Shown in pieces: positions 1 to 8,117 of a stretch of DNA of 40,966 nt. Numbering within the stretch: the stretch's first letter is position 1; every line of letters starts with the position of its first letter. The stretch spans positions 1-40,966 of the forward strand of contig DAOWOP010000002.1 in assembly GCA_030642005.1 (NCBI GenBank), given 5' to 3'. The notes below the pieces were generated by a model that made no database searches, was not told where the DNA came from, and saw nothing but the letters and a program-made list of their open reading frames with translations. Both the position numbers and the translations under genes were made by a program. The stretch is from Planctomycetales bacterium (lineage in GTDB: Bacteria > Planctomycetota > Phycisphaerae > SM23-33).

Positions 1-78
1 CCTGACTACGGACTACCGGCTACCGGGCTTGGCACGGCGTCGCCCCGGCAAGCCGGCTACTAACTTTGGGAGCACCGG

Positions 79-2634
79 ATGGTCGGTCTCGTTATCGGCG
101 CAAGTTGGCTTATATTCACGCATCCGTTCTGGCTGGCGGCGATGCCGGCGGCGGCGCTGCCGGTATTGCTTGCGTGGCTGGCGCGGCGGCGCGGGCGGCG
201 GATTCCCGCACAGGCTGTGGCGATCCAATGCCTCGCGCTGGCGCTGCTGGCCGTCGCACTGGCGCGCCCGCGGGCGGCGATTGGCGGGCGGACGGACCTG
301 CCTTACCTGCTGCTGACCGATACCTCCGGGTCGGTGCGCGGGCAGGGGCGGACCATTCTGCAATCGGCCTTCCCGGCCGGGGCGGACGTGGAACGGTTCG
401 GCTTCGCCGACGGTATCGCCCGCGGTCAAACGCTACGCGCCGACGCCACACGCATAACGCCTCCCCTTCGGCTGATTGCATCGGCAGGCCCGAACGCTCT
501 GGCCGCTGCGATTATCGTAACCGACGGGCGATTCTCTCACGCCGATTACTGCGGCGCCGCCGAAGCCGTTGCCGGCATCGGCGTCGAGGTGTTCATCATT
601 CCAATGGACGCCCCACCGGCTGATGCGCGAATCACCGCTTTAGTCGCCCGTCGCACCTCCGCAACGCAGGTGGAAATTATCGTCGCCGTCTCGGCCAACG
701 CGCCGTTGAAGCGGACGCTGACCATAACCCGCCACGGCTCAACTGAGCTCGCCGAAGTCGGGCGCACCGAACCGCTTGCCGTCAGACAACTATCGCTGCC
801 GGGCAACTCGCCGATTACCATCCGAATAACCGACTCGGCCGCCGCGGACGCCGCGGTCGAATACTCCGCCCGCCTGATCGGCGAAGCCGTTATCACTGAA
901 AACGATTCAGCCTCGGCGATGGTCCTGCCGGTCCGACAGGTTGTCGCCGCCGTCGGCATCGGCCAGGCGGCCAAACCCATGCTCGGCGAAATCCGACATC
1001 CCATCACTTTCATTTCGCACGATGCGATGCCGGCGGATGCCGCGGCATTGGTCCGTTTTTCCGCTATCATCATATCTGATGCGACGGGTTCGTCTCTTTC
1101 GTTTGCGCAGCGAGACGCACTGGCCCAATACGTCCGCAGCGGCGGTGGATTGGTTTTGATCGGCACAGGCCCGCACGAAACGCCCGCCGACCGGAACGAC
1201 CCGCTCAATCGGACACTGCCTCTTCTGGCCAATCCCTTCCAGCGTCGCCCGCTGCACCTGGTGGTGCTTCTGGACAAGTCCGGCTCGATGGCCCAGCCGG
1301 CTCGTCGCGGCGGAGCGCGCCGTAGCCGGGCAGTTCGCGCTGCCGGCGGGTCGGCCCAGATAAAGTTCGACCTGGCCGCCGAAGCCGTCGCCGCCCTCAA
1401 GGACCACCTCACCGGGCGAGATACGCTGACGGTTATCGCCTTTGCCGACAGGCCGGACGTGGTGTACGACAGCGGCGATTCGCCGGGCGATTTCGCCGCG
1501 CTGCGTGAGGCGATCAGGCGCGTCCGCCCCGCCGGTTCGACCCGCGTTACTCCCGCCATCGAGTTGGCCCTGCTGAAAACGCCGCAGGCAGGACGCAGGA
1601 CGATGCTGCTGATCGTCAGCGACCTGAAGACCGAGCAGTTCAACCCAGCCGAATGGGCCGATGCGTTTCGCCGGGCCAAGGCCGGACTGGCTGTAGTGGC
1701 TGTTCGCGAAAGCCCGCCTACCGCGACGGCGGAGGCTGCGCCGACCCCGCTGAAAGCGCTGGCAGGACTGCTGGATGCGCCGTACGTCGAGCGGGACCGC
1801 CTCGCCGGACTGGCCGATGTGTTCGCCAAACTGGTCCGTCGAGGCAGAGGCAGCGTCATCCGCAAAGGACGCACCGGCCTGTCCGTTCCGGCCGCACTGT
1901 TCGACACCGCCCTGACCGCCCTGCCGGACATTGACGCTTACATCCTCTCTGCCGCACGGAAGCAGGCGGAGGTGCTCGCGTTCACATCCAGCGGCGATCC
2001 GATACTGGGCATTCGCCGGGCAGGCCTGGGACGGGCCGTCTGCCTGGCTGTGCCGGTCTCGGATATTGATAACACTGCCTGGGCCGGCACGCCCGCCGCA
2101 GCGAAACTTATCTCCGCCGCCGTTCGATGGGGCCTGCGAAGCACAAACGATCCGAGGTACGATGCGAAAATCAAACGAGACGGCGCACAGATTGAAATTA
2201 CACTGACGGCCCTGGACAAGGCGTCGCCCGTCAACGGCCTGGACCTTTCGGTCGAACTCGCCGCCGGCAGCGGTGAGCGGACACAAATCGCGAATTTCGA
2301 CCAGGTCGCCCCGGGGCGGTATCGGGCCTGGGCCGACTGGCCCGCGGACTCACCGGCCTCCGTAGCCGTTCGGGATAAAAACGGCGTCGCCGTCTGGCGG
2401 GGTTCGGCGGGAGGGCTGTATCCGAACGAGTATCGTTCGCTCGGAGCGGACTACGAATCTCTTCGCCGCCTGGCGAGTTTGACCGGCGGGCGGATCATCC
2501 GGGCAGGGCAACTCGACGACGTGCTGAAGCTATCATATCGCCGCCGAATGACAGGCCTCTGGCCCTGGCTGATTGCAGCGGCCTTGGCGCTGATGCTGGG
2601 CGAATGGTGCCTCGTCCGTATCACCCGGCGATAA
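79..2634 (+). CDS. BatA-like N-terminal anchor / von Willebrand factor A (VWA) domain membrane protein
   Basis: 851-aa ORF; ATG 79 with GGGAG 6 nt upstream. The N-terminal hydrophobic segment plus RRRGRR resembles the BatA N-terminus. Other motifs: a GATase1-like stretch (AIIISDATG...GGGLVLIGTGP), the VWA MIDAS motif VVLLDKSGSM, and a C-terminal TM helix (LWPWLIAAALALMLG). Confidence 0.75.
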   Translation: MVGLVIGASWLIFTHPFWLAAMPAAALPVLLAWLARRRGRRIPAQAVAIQCLALALLAVALARPRAAIGGRTDLPYLLLTDTSGSVRGQGRTILQSAFPAGADVERFGFADGIARGQTLRADATRITPPLRLIASAGPNALAAAIIVTDGRFSHADYCGAAEAVAGIGVEVFIIPMDAPPADARITALVARRTSATQVEIIVAVSANAPLKRTLTITRHGSTELAEVGRTEPLAVRQLSLPGNSPITIRITDSAAADAAVEYSARLIGEAVITENDSASAMVLPVRQVVAAVGIGQAAKPMLGEIRHPITFISHDAMPADAAALVRFSAIIISDATGSSLSFAQRDALAQYVRSGGGLVLIGTGPHETPADRNDPLNRTLPLLANPFQRRPLHLVVLLDKSGSMAQPARRGGARRSRAVRAAGGSAQIKFDLAAEAVAALKDHLTGRDTLTVIAFADRPDVVYDSGDSPGDFAALREAIRRVRPAGSTRVTPAIELALLKTPQAGRRTMLLIVSDLKTEQFNPAEWADAFRRAKAGLAVVAVRESPPTATAEAAPTPLKALAGLLDAPYVERDRLAGLADVFAKLVRRGRGSVIRKGRTGLSVPAALFDTALTALPDIDAYILSAARKQAEVLAFTSSGDPILGIRRAGLGRAVCLAVPVSDIDNTAWAGTPAAAKLISAAVRWGLRSTNDPRYDAKIKRDGAQIEITLTALDKASPVNGLDLSVELAAGSGERTQIANFDQVAPGRYRAWADWPADSPASVAVRDKNGVAVWRGSAGGLYPNEYRSLGADYESLRRLASLTGGRIIRAGQLDDVLKLSYRRRMTGLWPWLIAAALALMLGEWCLVRITRR

Positions 2635-2650
2635 AACCGCTGAATCTTTC

Positions 2651-2678
2651 TTGTTCTCGTTGCCGACGGGTATATAAT
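2651..2678 (+). promoter_or_regulatory. sigma70-like promoter candidate (TTGTTC - 16 nt - TATAAT)
   Basis: TTGTTC at 2651-2656 and a perfect TATAAT at 2673-2678, in the AT-rich gap upstream of the 2733 CDS. Confidence 0.4.
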
Positions 2679-2732
2679 GGCGAATTGGCAATTGATGGTT
2701 TGTTATCATATCGTTTATTCAGGAGAAAAAAG

Positions 2733-3107
2733 ATGTCCCAGAACGAAGAAGCCTCCATTCCTCTGGAAGACGAAGACCTTGCGCCGCTGTCGCTGGCCGA
2801 TGAGGAAGATACTTCCGGGCCGATCTCCGGAATGTCTTCAACCAAAATTCAAACCTTCGGCACCCACGCCGACTCTATCACGCAGGAGCACCAGTACAAG
2901 CGGACGCCGAACCTTACCGGCGCAGGCGCTGTCCGATGCCGACTGTTCCACTCAAAGATAACAGTCTCCGCCCTCGACCACATGGTCAACATGATAAACG
3001 AATGGCTCGACCAACACGAGATCGAGGCCAAGTACATCGGCCAGGTCGTCGGCACAATGGAAGGCAAAAACCCCGAGCCGAACGTCATCGTTACCGTGTG
3101 GTATTGA
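2733..3107 (+). CDS. hypothetical protein (acidic N-terminus, 124 aa)
   Basis: Internal ATG at 2733 of ORF 2604..3107, preceded by AGGAG at 2721-2725. A TTGTTC-16-TATAAT promoter-like site lies upstream. No family recognised. Confidence 0.55.
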   Translation: MSQNEEASIPLEDEDLAPLSLADEEDTSGPISGMSSTKIQTFGTHADSITQEHQYKRTPNLTGAGAVRCRLFHSKITVSALDHMVNMINEWLDQHEIEAKYIGQVVGTMEGKNPEPNVIVTVWY

Positions 3108-3252
3108 TACAACCGGAATACTCATGCCCTGCGTAGCGCTTCGCAGAGCAGAGCCGGAAGACCGTTGGACCGCCAGCTCACCGAAGGCCTTCCGTTGGCT
3201 GGGTTGCTGAACTTCCGCAACCGATTCACATTCGCGGATCGAGCGTTTTGTT

Positions 3253-4830
3253 TTAGTCGCGTTGACCGAGCGGGCTGACGGGCAGGATGAGCGTGAATGT
3301 CGCCCCGTGTCCCGGTTCGCTGTCGAGCGTAAGCCCGCCGCCCAGCAGGCCGGTGAGCGTTTTGGCTATTGCCAGTCCCAGCCCCGCCCCGCCATGCTCG
3401 CGCGTCATCGTGTTGTCCAGGCGTGAGAACTTTTCGAATATGCGTTTCTGGTCGGCGGCGGGGATTCCAGGCCCGGTGTCCGCCACCGCCATTGCCACCG
3501 AATCGACCTTCAGGGGTGAGACGACTGCGGCGACTCGGCGGGTGGAGATGGTAACGTCGCCGTCGGGCGGCGTGAACTTAATGGCGTTCGACAGAAGGTT
3601 GTAAAGTATCTGCTGGACCTTGCCGGGGTCGGTGGTTACCACGGGGATGCCATCAGCCAGTTTCACCTCCAGCCGGAGGTGCTTTTTATCGGCCAGCGGG
3701 CGGACCAGTTGGCCCAGCGTCTCGGCCAGGTCGGTTATTGAAACCTTCTCCCGCCTGACCTCGCCGGTTCCGGCCTCAATCTTCGCAGCCGCCAGAAGGT
3801 CGTTGACGATCCCCGCCAGCAGACGCGCGGAGGTAAGGATGTTTCCTGCGTGTCGGCGACGCTTCTGGTCCTCGGTTTCGGCCAGGAGTTCGGCAAAGCC
3901 TATGATGCTGTTGAGCGGAGTACGCAATTCGTGCGAGACGTTGGCGAGAAACTCGTTCTTGATTCGCCCGGCCTCGTACAGCGCGACGTTTGCCTCGGCC
4001 AGTTCGCTCAATCGCAGGTCCAGCGCGCGGTTCGCCTGGCGGAGTTGGTCGGCCTGGGCGTTTATGACATCGAGCATTTCGTTGAAGCGCTGCGAGAGTT
4101 TTTGGAACTCGTCCCCGCTGGACAGGTCGCATCGCCCGGTAAGGTCGCCCTCGGCAACCTTGTCAGCCAGGTCGTCGAGCCGGCGGACAGGTTTCAAAAC
4201 AACCTGCCGGGTAATGAAATGAAGCGTAATCAGCGCCGTCATTGCCGCAATGATTGCGCCCAGCATGAACATTCCGCGGGTCCACCAGAGAAACGCCCCT
4301 GCCGGGGGTGGCATGGTGATGTCAATGACGCCGATCAGTTGCCCCGGCTGGAGGTTCGGAGCGCTGGATGAGTCGCTGCGGTGCAGGTAGGAGGCCTTCG
4401 CACGCACGGCGGCCAGGCAGCGATAGACCTTCCGCCCTTCCTCGTCGGCCTCGGTCAGCAGGACCATCTCGCGCTGCCGTTCGGCGCCGAAGAGCGACAC
4501 TGCCCGGCGGACGGACGCATCCATCGCCCCGTCGTCTTCGCCGCCGGAGATGAGCGAGATGAAACCAAGCCCGTGCCGACCGTCGCCCCCGGCGGTGAAA
4601 TATCTCGCCACGTCGCTTTCGGCCAGCGGGGCGATTTGGCGATTCTGCTCCCATTCGTGCAGCGCCAGGCGGGCTATCTCGGCGGCCGATCTCTCAACGG
4701 CTGCTTCGGTCAGACGCTCCGTGAAATACCACGGCAGCGCCAACGCCGAGACGATAATCACCAGCCCGGCGACGGCGAATAATACGCGAAACTTCGTCGC
4801 CAGCGATATGCGTACAAAACTCTTGGCCAT
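3253..4830 (-). CDS. sensor histidine kinase (TM - sensor - TM - HAMP - HisKA - HATPase_c)
   Basis: H-box SHELRTPLNSI, N-box LLSNAIKFT, G1 DTGPGI and G2 GGAGLGLAI; two TM helices flank a roughly 150-aa extracytoplasmic segment. No response regulator is adjacent. Confidence 0.9.
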   Translation of the reverse strand: MAKSFVRISLATKFRVLFAVAGLVIIVSALALPWYFTERLTEAAVERSAAEIARLALHEWEQNRQIAPLAESDVARYFTAGGDGRHGLGFISLISGGEDDGAMDASVRRAVSLFGAERQREMVLLTEADEEGRKVYRCLAAVRAKASYLHRSDSSSAPNLQPGQLIGVIDITMPPPAGAFLWWTRGMFMLGAIIAAMTALITLHFITRQVVLKPVRRLDDLADKVAEGDLTGRCDLSSGDEFQKLSQRFNEMLDVINAQADQLRQANRALDLRLSELAEANVALYEAGRIKNEFLANVSHELRTPLNSIIGFAELLAETEDQKRRRHAGNILTSARLLAGIVNDLLAAAKIEAGTGEVRREKVSITDLAETLGQLVRPLADKKHLRLEVKLADGIPVVTTDPGKVQQILYNLLSNAIKFTPPDGDVTISTRRVAAVVSPLKVDSVAMAVADTGPGIPAADQKRIFEKFSRLDNTMTREHGGAGLGLAIAKTLTGLLGGGLTLDSEPGHGATFTLILPVSPLGQRD

Positions 4831-4886
4831 AACGTTATTCTACCGGATTACCCGTTTAGCCGTCGCCGGGATGGCGACGTGTTGTC

Positions 4887-5309
4887 TCACTCGGCGCCGT
4901 CGTCGTCGGGGGGATTTTCAACGATTATCACGTCGCCGGGCCTGAAGCCGAGTGTTTCGGCGGCATCTGCGGGCAGATACAGTGCCCTTACGTCCCGGCC
5001 GTTGAGATTGACCTGTTCGGTCTTGAGGTCTTCACGCTGCACCTTATAACGGCGCATCGCCTTGGAGGCCATTTGCTGAAGCATTGTCTCAAGGGTCTCC
5101 GGGCTGCCTGAGAATCGCACGCCCGCGCCGGTCGATAACTTCAGTTGGTTTCGCAGCCCGGCGGCCTCGCGTTCGGCCCGCATCGCTCGGGTTCGCATGC
5201 GCAAACATAGCCCGGCCAGGAGGGCAATAATCAGCAACAGTAGCGAACCGGCGATTATCGTGAACCTTGTATCAATCTCCGAAGAACCTTTTGCGGTTTC
5301 GTCGTTCAT
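4887..5309 (-). CDS. hypothetical single-pass membrane protein
   Basis: 140-aa ORF with one TM helix (FTIIAGSLLLLIIALLAGLCL) and an acidic C-terminus. No family recognised. Confidence 0.5.
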   Translation of the reverse strand: MNDETAKGSSEIDTRFTIIAGSLLLLIIALLAGLCLRMRTRAMRAEREAAGLRNQLKLSTGAGVRFSGSPETLETMLQQMASKAMRRYKVQREDLKTEQVNLNGRDVRALYLPADAAETLGFRPGDVIIVENPPDDDGAE

Positions 5310-5330
5310 GCCGTTTTCCTAACAAAAAGT

Positions 5331-5446
5331 AAAGCAGGGATACAGGGGATAAGAAATAATTAATTCTTTCAAAAAAACACCAGCGTTCCTTTTCTGCTGT
5401 TGATTAATCTATGTTTTATCCCCTGTATCCCATGCATCCCTGCTAA
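5331..5446. repeat. family-1 hairpin element (GCAGGGAT/GCAGGGGAT/ACAGGGGAT units), copy A
   Basis: Left arm GCAGGGATACAGGGGATAA at 5334-5352 (one unit missing). Right arm 5416-5446 is the reverse complement of TTAGCAGGGATGCATGGGATACAGGGGATAA. The loop is AT-rich. Confidence 0.85.
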
Positions 5447-6858
5447 TTTTTTTCTCCCAGGCTGCGTGCGATGCGTTGTTCGTCGTCTGGTGCGGCGAAG
5501 TCGGAGAACCTCGGCAGGGGCCGGCCTCGCTTGCCGTAGTAATACGTCAGACCTCTATAAATGGCAAAGTTGGCGAGATAGGAATTCTTCTTCAACGGCA
5601 GCGCCTTGAGCCGCTTGACCGCGCTGCGCGGAGTATAGAACTCGTGAAACGCAGCCATCTGGGCGTGGCGGAGTTGGTCGATTGTCATCTTCGCCGGCTG
5701 GAAGACCACCGTCGCACCGTTGTACTTGTCCCAGTCGGTCGTCAGCAACCGGCCTTCGCGGCGGAACTGGTCGAAGACGGCCGTGCCGGGATAAGGCGTC
5801 AGGATCGGATAGCAACTCATGCACAGGTCGGCCCGCTGGGCAAAGCGGACTGCCTCCATGCAGTCGCGCCAGTCGTCGCTGTCGAAACCGAAAATGAACG
5901 AACCCCAGATGCTGATGCTGTAAGACTGAATCTTCTTTATCCGCTCGATATACGTTTCGGCCCTGGCGTAACTCTTGCCGGACTCGGCGAGTGTTTCATT
6001 TTTCGGGCTTTCCAGGCCCAGGATCAGCCCAATGCACCCGCTGTCGCGCATCGTCGCAAGAAGGCGGTCGTTATTGGCGATGAGGATGTCGCACTGACTG
6101 GCCCAGCGGACCTTGAGTGGCTTTAGTTTCTCGAAAAGTTCCATCGCCCAGGCGTGGTTGCCGGCGACGTTGTCGTCGGAGAAGATAAACACCCTGCTGC
6201 CGAAGCGTTCATACGCCTCGGCTATCTCATCGACGATGTCGGCGATTTCCCGCTGTCGGAATTTTCTGCCGAAAATTGCGGGCGTAGTACAGAAGGTGCA
6301 GGCGTGTGGGCAGCCGCGGGTCGTCTGGATAGGGTTGAAGACGAGGTATTCCGCCGGGTCCAACAGGTCCTTTCGCGGCGTGGCGATGGGCGTTTCGGCC
6401 ACCTCGGTCCAGTCGTAGAGCGGTTTGGCCTGCCCGGCGTCCAGGTCGCGCAGCGCCCTCGGCAGCGTCGCTTCGGCGTCGCCCCGGCAGACGATTTGTG
6501 CGTGCTGGAGCGCCTCGTCGGGCAGAGCGGACGGATGAATCCCGCCAAGGATCACCGGCACGCCAAGGGCGCGGTACTGGTCGGCTATCTCGTACGCCCG
6601 GCGGGCCTGCGTGGTCATCGCACCGATGCCGACAGCGTCGACATCGGCGGTCGCCGTGTGCAGCGCGTCGGTGATGTTCTCATCGACGATTTCGACGTCC
6701 CACCCGTCGGGGACCACCGCCGCGCATATCGCCAGGTTCAGCGGCATGAACAGCGCCCGCCGGGAAAACGTCATCTTCCGGATAATCTCCGGCATCGTAA
6801 TTGTCGAAAGCGCGCTGTGAGGGTTGATCAGCCGAAGTCTTCTCGATTGCGGATTCAC
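5443..6858 (-). CDS. B12-binding domain radical SAM protein
   Basis: CxxxCxxC cluster motif (TRGCPHACTFCTTP) and an N-terminal cobalamin-binding-like region (GIGAMTTQARRAYEIADQYRALGVPVILGGIHPS). The start is uncertain. GTG 6858 gives MNPQSRRLRLINPH, a typical N-terminus for this family. ATG 6795 and ATG 6954 are alternatives; 6954 would translate a tandem repeat and overlap the upstream gene. Confidence 0.85.
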   Translation of the reverse strand: MNPQSRRLRLINPHSALSTITMPEIIRKMTFSRRALFMPLNLAICAAVVPDGWDVEIVDENITDALHTATADVDAVGIGAMTTQARRAYEIADQYRALGVPVILGGIHPSALPDEALQHAQIVCRGDAEATLPRALRDLDAGQAKPLYDWTEVAETPIATPRKDLLDPAEYLVFNPIQTTRGCPHACTFCTTPAIFGRKFRQREIADIVDEIAEAYERFGSRVFIFSDDNVAGNHAWAMELFEKLKPLKVRWASQCDILIANNDRLLATMRDSGCIGLILGLESPKNETLAESGKSYARAETYIERIKKIQSYSISIWGSFIFGFDSDDWRDCMEAVRFAQRADLCMSCYPILTPYPGTAVFDQFRREGRLLTTDWDKYNGATVVFQPAKMTIDQLRHAQMAAFHEFYTPRSAVKRLKALPLKKNSYLANFAIYRGLTYYYGKRGRPLPRFSDFAAPDDEQRIARSLGEKN

Positions 6859-6924
6859 CGGTCTTTCGGTATTCCGGTCTTTCGGTATTCCGGTATTCCG
6901 GTCTTTTTCCAAGTCCCAAGTCCC
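6858..6924. repeat. tandem oligomer repeat (CCGGTCTTTCGGTATT x2, CCGGTATT, CCGGTCTTT, CCAAGTCC x2), no inverted partner
   Basis: Read directly in the gap between the discoidin-lipoprotein stop (6924) and the radical SAM start. Confidence 0.8.
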
Positions 6925-7412
6925 TATTGTAGATAAACCTCTGCTATTACCCATCGGCTCCTGCCGGGCTTGGCGGCCTCAATGCGGACATAGCGTGCGA
7001 GCGTCGGGGCCGGCAGCGAGACAATCGTAAGGCGCCGCGTGCCGGGCGCGATGTATCTATTGTTGAAAATTTTACCATCCACGCTGGTGGATACATCGAC
7101 ACTCCGGCAATGGCCGCTCTTGGCGCCGCCGTGCTCGATAATAACGGTCTGAAAGAGGCAGACCTTCTTCAGGTCGATGATCAGTTCGGCCCCCTGGTAC
7201 TGATAGTTGCTACTAGCGGCTGTGGCCAGGTCTTCATCGGCGGCGGCGGCGGGATTGGTCAGATCGCCCCGAACGCTCCAGGTGTTCTTGGGCGTGATGT
7301 CCGCACCGAGATAGCCGCCGGTACTTGGGCTATAGACAGGCGTGATAACATCACACCCGACCACTACGCCGGCCAGAAAAATCAGAACGATACCTTTTCG
7401 CAGATAATTCAT
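6924..7412 (-). CDS. F5/8 type C (discoidin) domain lipoprotein
   Basis: Internal ATG 7412 gives MNYLRKGIVLIFLAGVVVGC (lipobox-like). The C-terminal part has the discoidin pattern (ELIIDLKKV...VSTSVDGKIF...LARYVRIEA...IAEVYL). Confidence 0.7.
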   Translation of the reverse strand: MNYLRKGIVLIFLAGVVVGCDVITPVYSPSTGGYLGADITPKNTWSVRGDLTNPAAAADEDLATAASSNYQYQGAELIIDLKKVCLFQTVIIEHGGAKSGHCRSVDVSTSVDGKIFNNRYIAPGTRRLTIVSLPAPTLARYVRIEAAKPGRSRWVIAEVYLQ

Positions 7413-7642
7413 AGCCCAGACATTATACACGCAAATCCGCGGGCGTGAAAGGGCCACTCACGACAGAACGAGCATGGTTTTACCGGCGTAGGGCCAGCCA
7501 CAAAGCCTTGCGGGACAAGGGGTAAGAATAAAAGTGTCAAAATCGCCAATTTGTCCGAAACTATTTGCCGTCCGGAACGTTTAAAATATAGAGGGTTGGT
7601 TCGTAGGATTGCAGGCGGTATCGGCCGATAAGGCGGTAAAAA

Positions 7643-7933
7643 ATGAGGCGGGTAAATGCTAAAAACGACGGGGCTCGAAGCCGGCTGACTGTCCGCAAAA
7701 GACGCACCGGGCGACCCCACTACGCCCGCCTGACGGATTCCGCCTGTAGCGATTATTTCCGCGTTCCGCCTTCAGCGGCCAGGCCCAAGCGGATGTTTGT
7801 CAACTGCCACTACTGCGGCTACGCCCCGGCGCACGGGCTGATCCCGAAGACCGGCCTGTGCCCGAAGTGCGGCTCAATGAGTTGGGACCGATTCGCCCTC
7901 GCTGAACCTCTCGTGCCCGAACATATGAAATAA
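7643..7933 (+). CDS. small zinc-ribbon protein (CxxC...CxxC) with a possible Arg-rich N-terminus
   Basis: CHYCGY...CPKCGS motif. Start ambiguous: ATG 7643 gives 96 aa with a very basic N-terminus; ATG 7793 gives 46 aa. Confidence 0.35.
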   Translation: MRRVNAKNDGARSRLTVRKRRTGRPHYARLTDSACSDYFRVPPSAARPKRMFVNCHYCGYAPAHGLIPKTGLCPKCGSMSWDRFALAEPLVPEHMK

Positions 7934-7945
7934 CCAGCCGCGCCC

Positions 7946-8097
7946 AAATCCGAAGCACGAAACTCGAAACAATATCGAATGACCAAAATTCAAATTCTCC
8001 AAACGCCCCCTACAGCAGGTTTCGGTGAGATTGTTTTGAAGATTTGAATTTCGGATTTGAAATTTGTTTCGGATTTCGATATTCGCATTTCGGATTT
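7946..8097. repeat. family-2 AT-rich long hairpin element (ATCCGAA/ATATCGAA-type units), copy 1
   Basis: Left arm about 7946-7998 and right arm about 8038-8097 are imperfect inverted copies. Both closely resemble the arms at 12947-13106. Confidence 0.8.
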
Positions 8098-8117
8098 GCT
8101 TCTAATATAGACGCACT

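Noticed and set aside
1-63. Possible 3' end of an upstream CDS (...PDYGLPATGLGTASPRQAGY*, stop at 61-63).
   Set aside because: Only 20 codons are visible, with no recognisable motif, so it cannot be supported as a feature.
546-2286. Long minus-strand ORFs (546..1931, 461 aa; 907..2286, 459 aa), plus 13..429 and other ORFs overlapping the VWA gene.
   Set aside because: They are antisense or out of frame to a CDS with clear domain motifs. Their translations are Arg/Ala/Ser/Gly-rich and low-complexity, as is typical of shadow ORFs in high-GC DNA.
5400-5609. ORFs that translate the repeat elements into tripeptide repeats: IPCIPCIPANF (5400..5609, 11680..11928, 28876..29340), HKGHKEHK/LCALCVLC (26925..27200), and KSEYRNPKQI (8010..8234, 12923..13210).
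   Set aside because: The periodicity comes from 9-nt tandem DNA units inside hairpin elements. The ORFs have no start-site support and cross gene boundaries.
6858-6924. Possibility that the tandem or inverted oligomer arrays are CRISPR arrays.
   Set aside because: The units are only 7-9 nt and directly abutting, with no spacers of about 30 nt, no repeats of 24-40 nt, and no cas genes in the window.
7413-7792. RNase P RNA, tmRNA, SRP (4.5S) RNA, a tRNA or a known riboswitch in the long non-coding region.
   Set aside because: I found none of the diagnostic strings by eye: GGAAAGTCCGG and ACAGAAnCCGGCTTA for RNase P; a GGGGnnG 5' end plus a tag ORF and T-arm for tmRNA; GGAAGCAGCC for SRP; GGTTCGAATCC for a tRNA T-loop. 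The region is kept only as an unexplained finding.
7996-8008. The shared 12-mer CCAAACGCCCCC at about 7998-8009 and about 36026-36040.
   Set aside because: On the order of 100 exact 12-mer coincidences are expected by chance in a 41-kb window counting both strands, and the flanks show no similarity.
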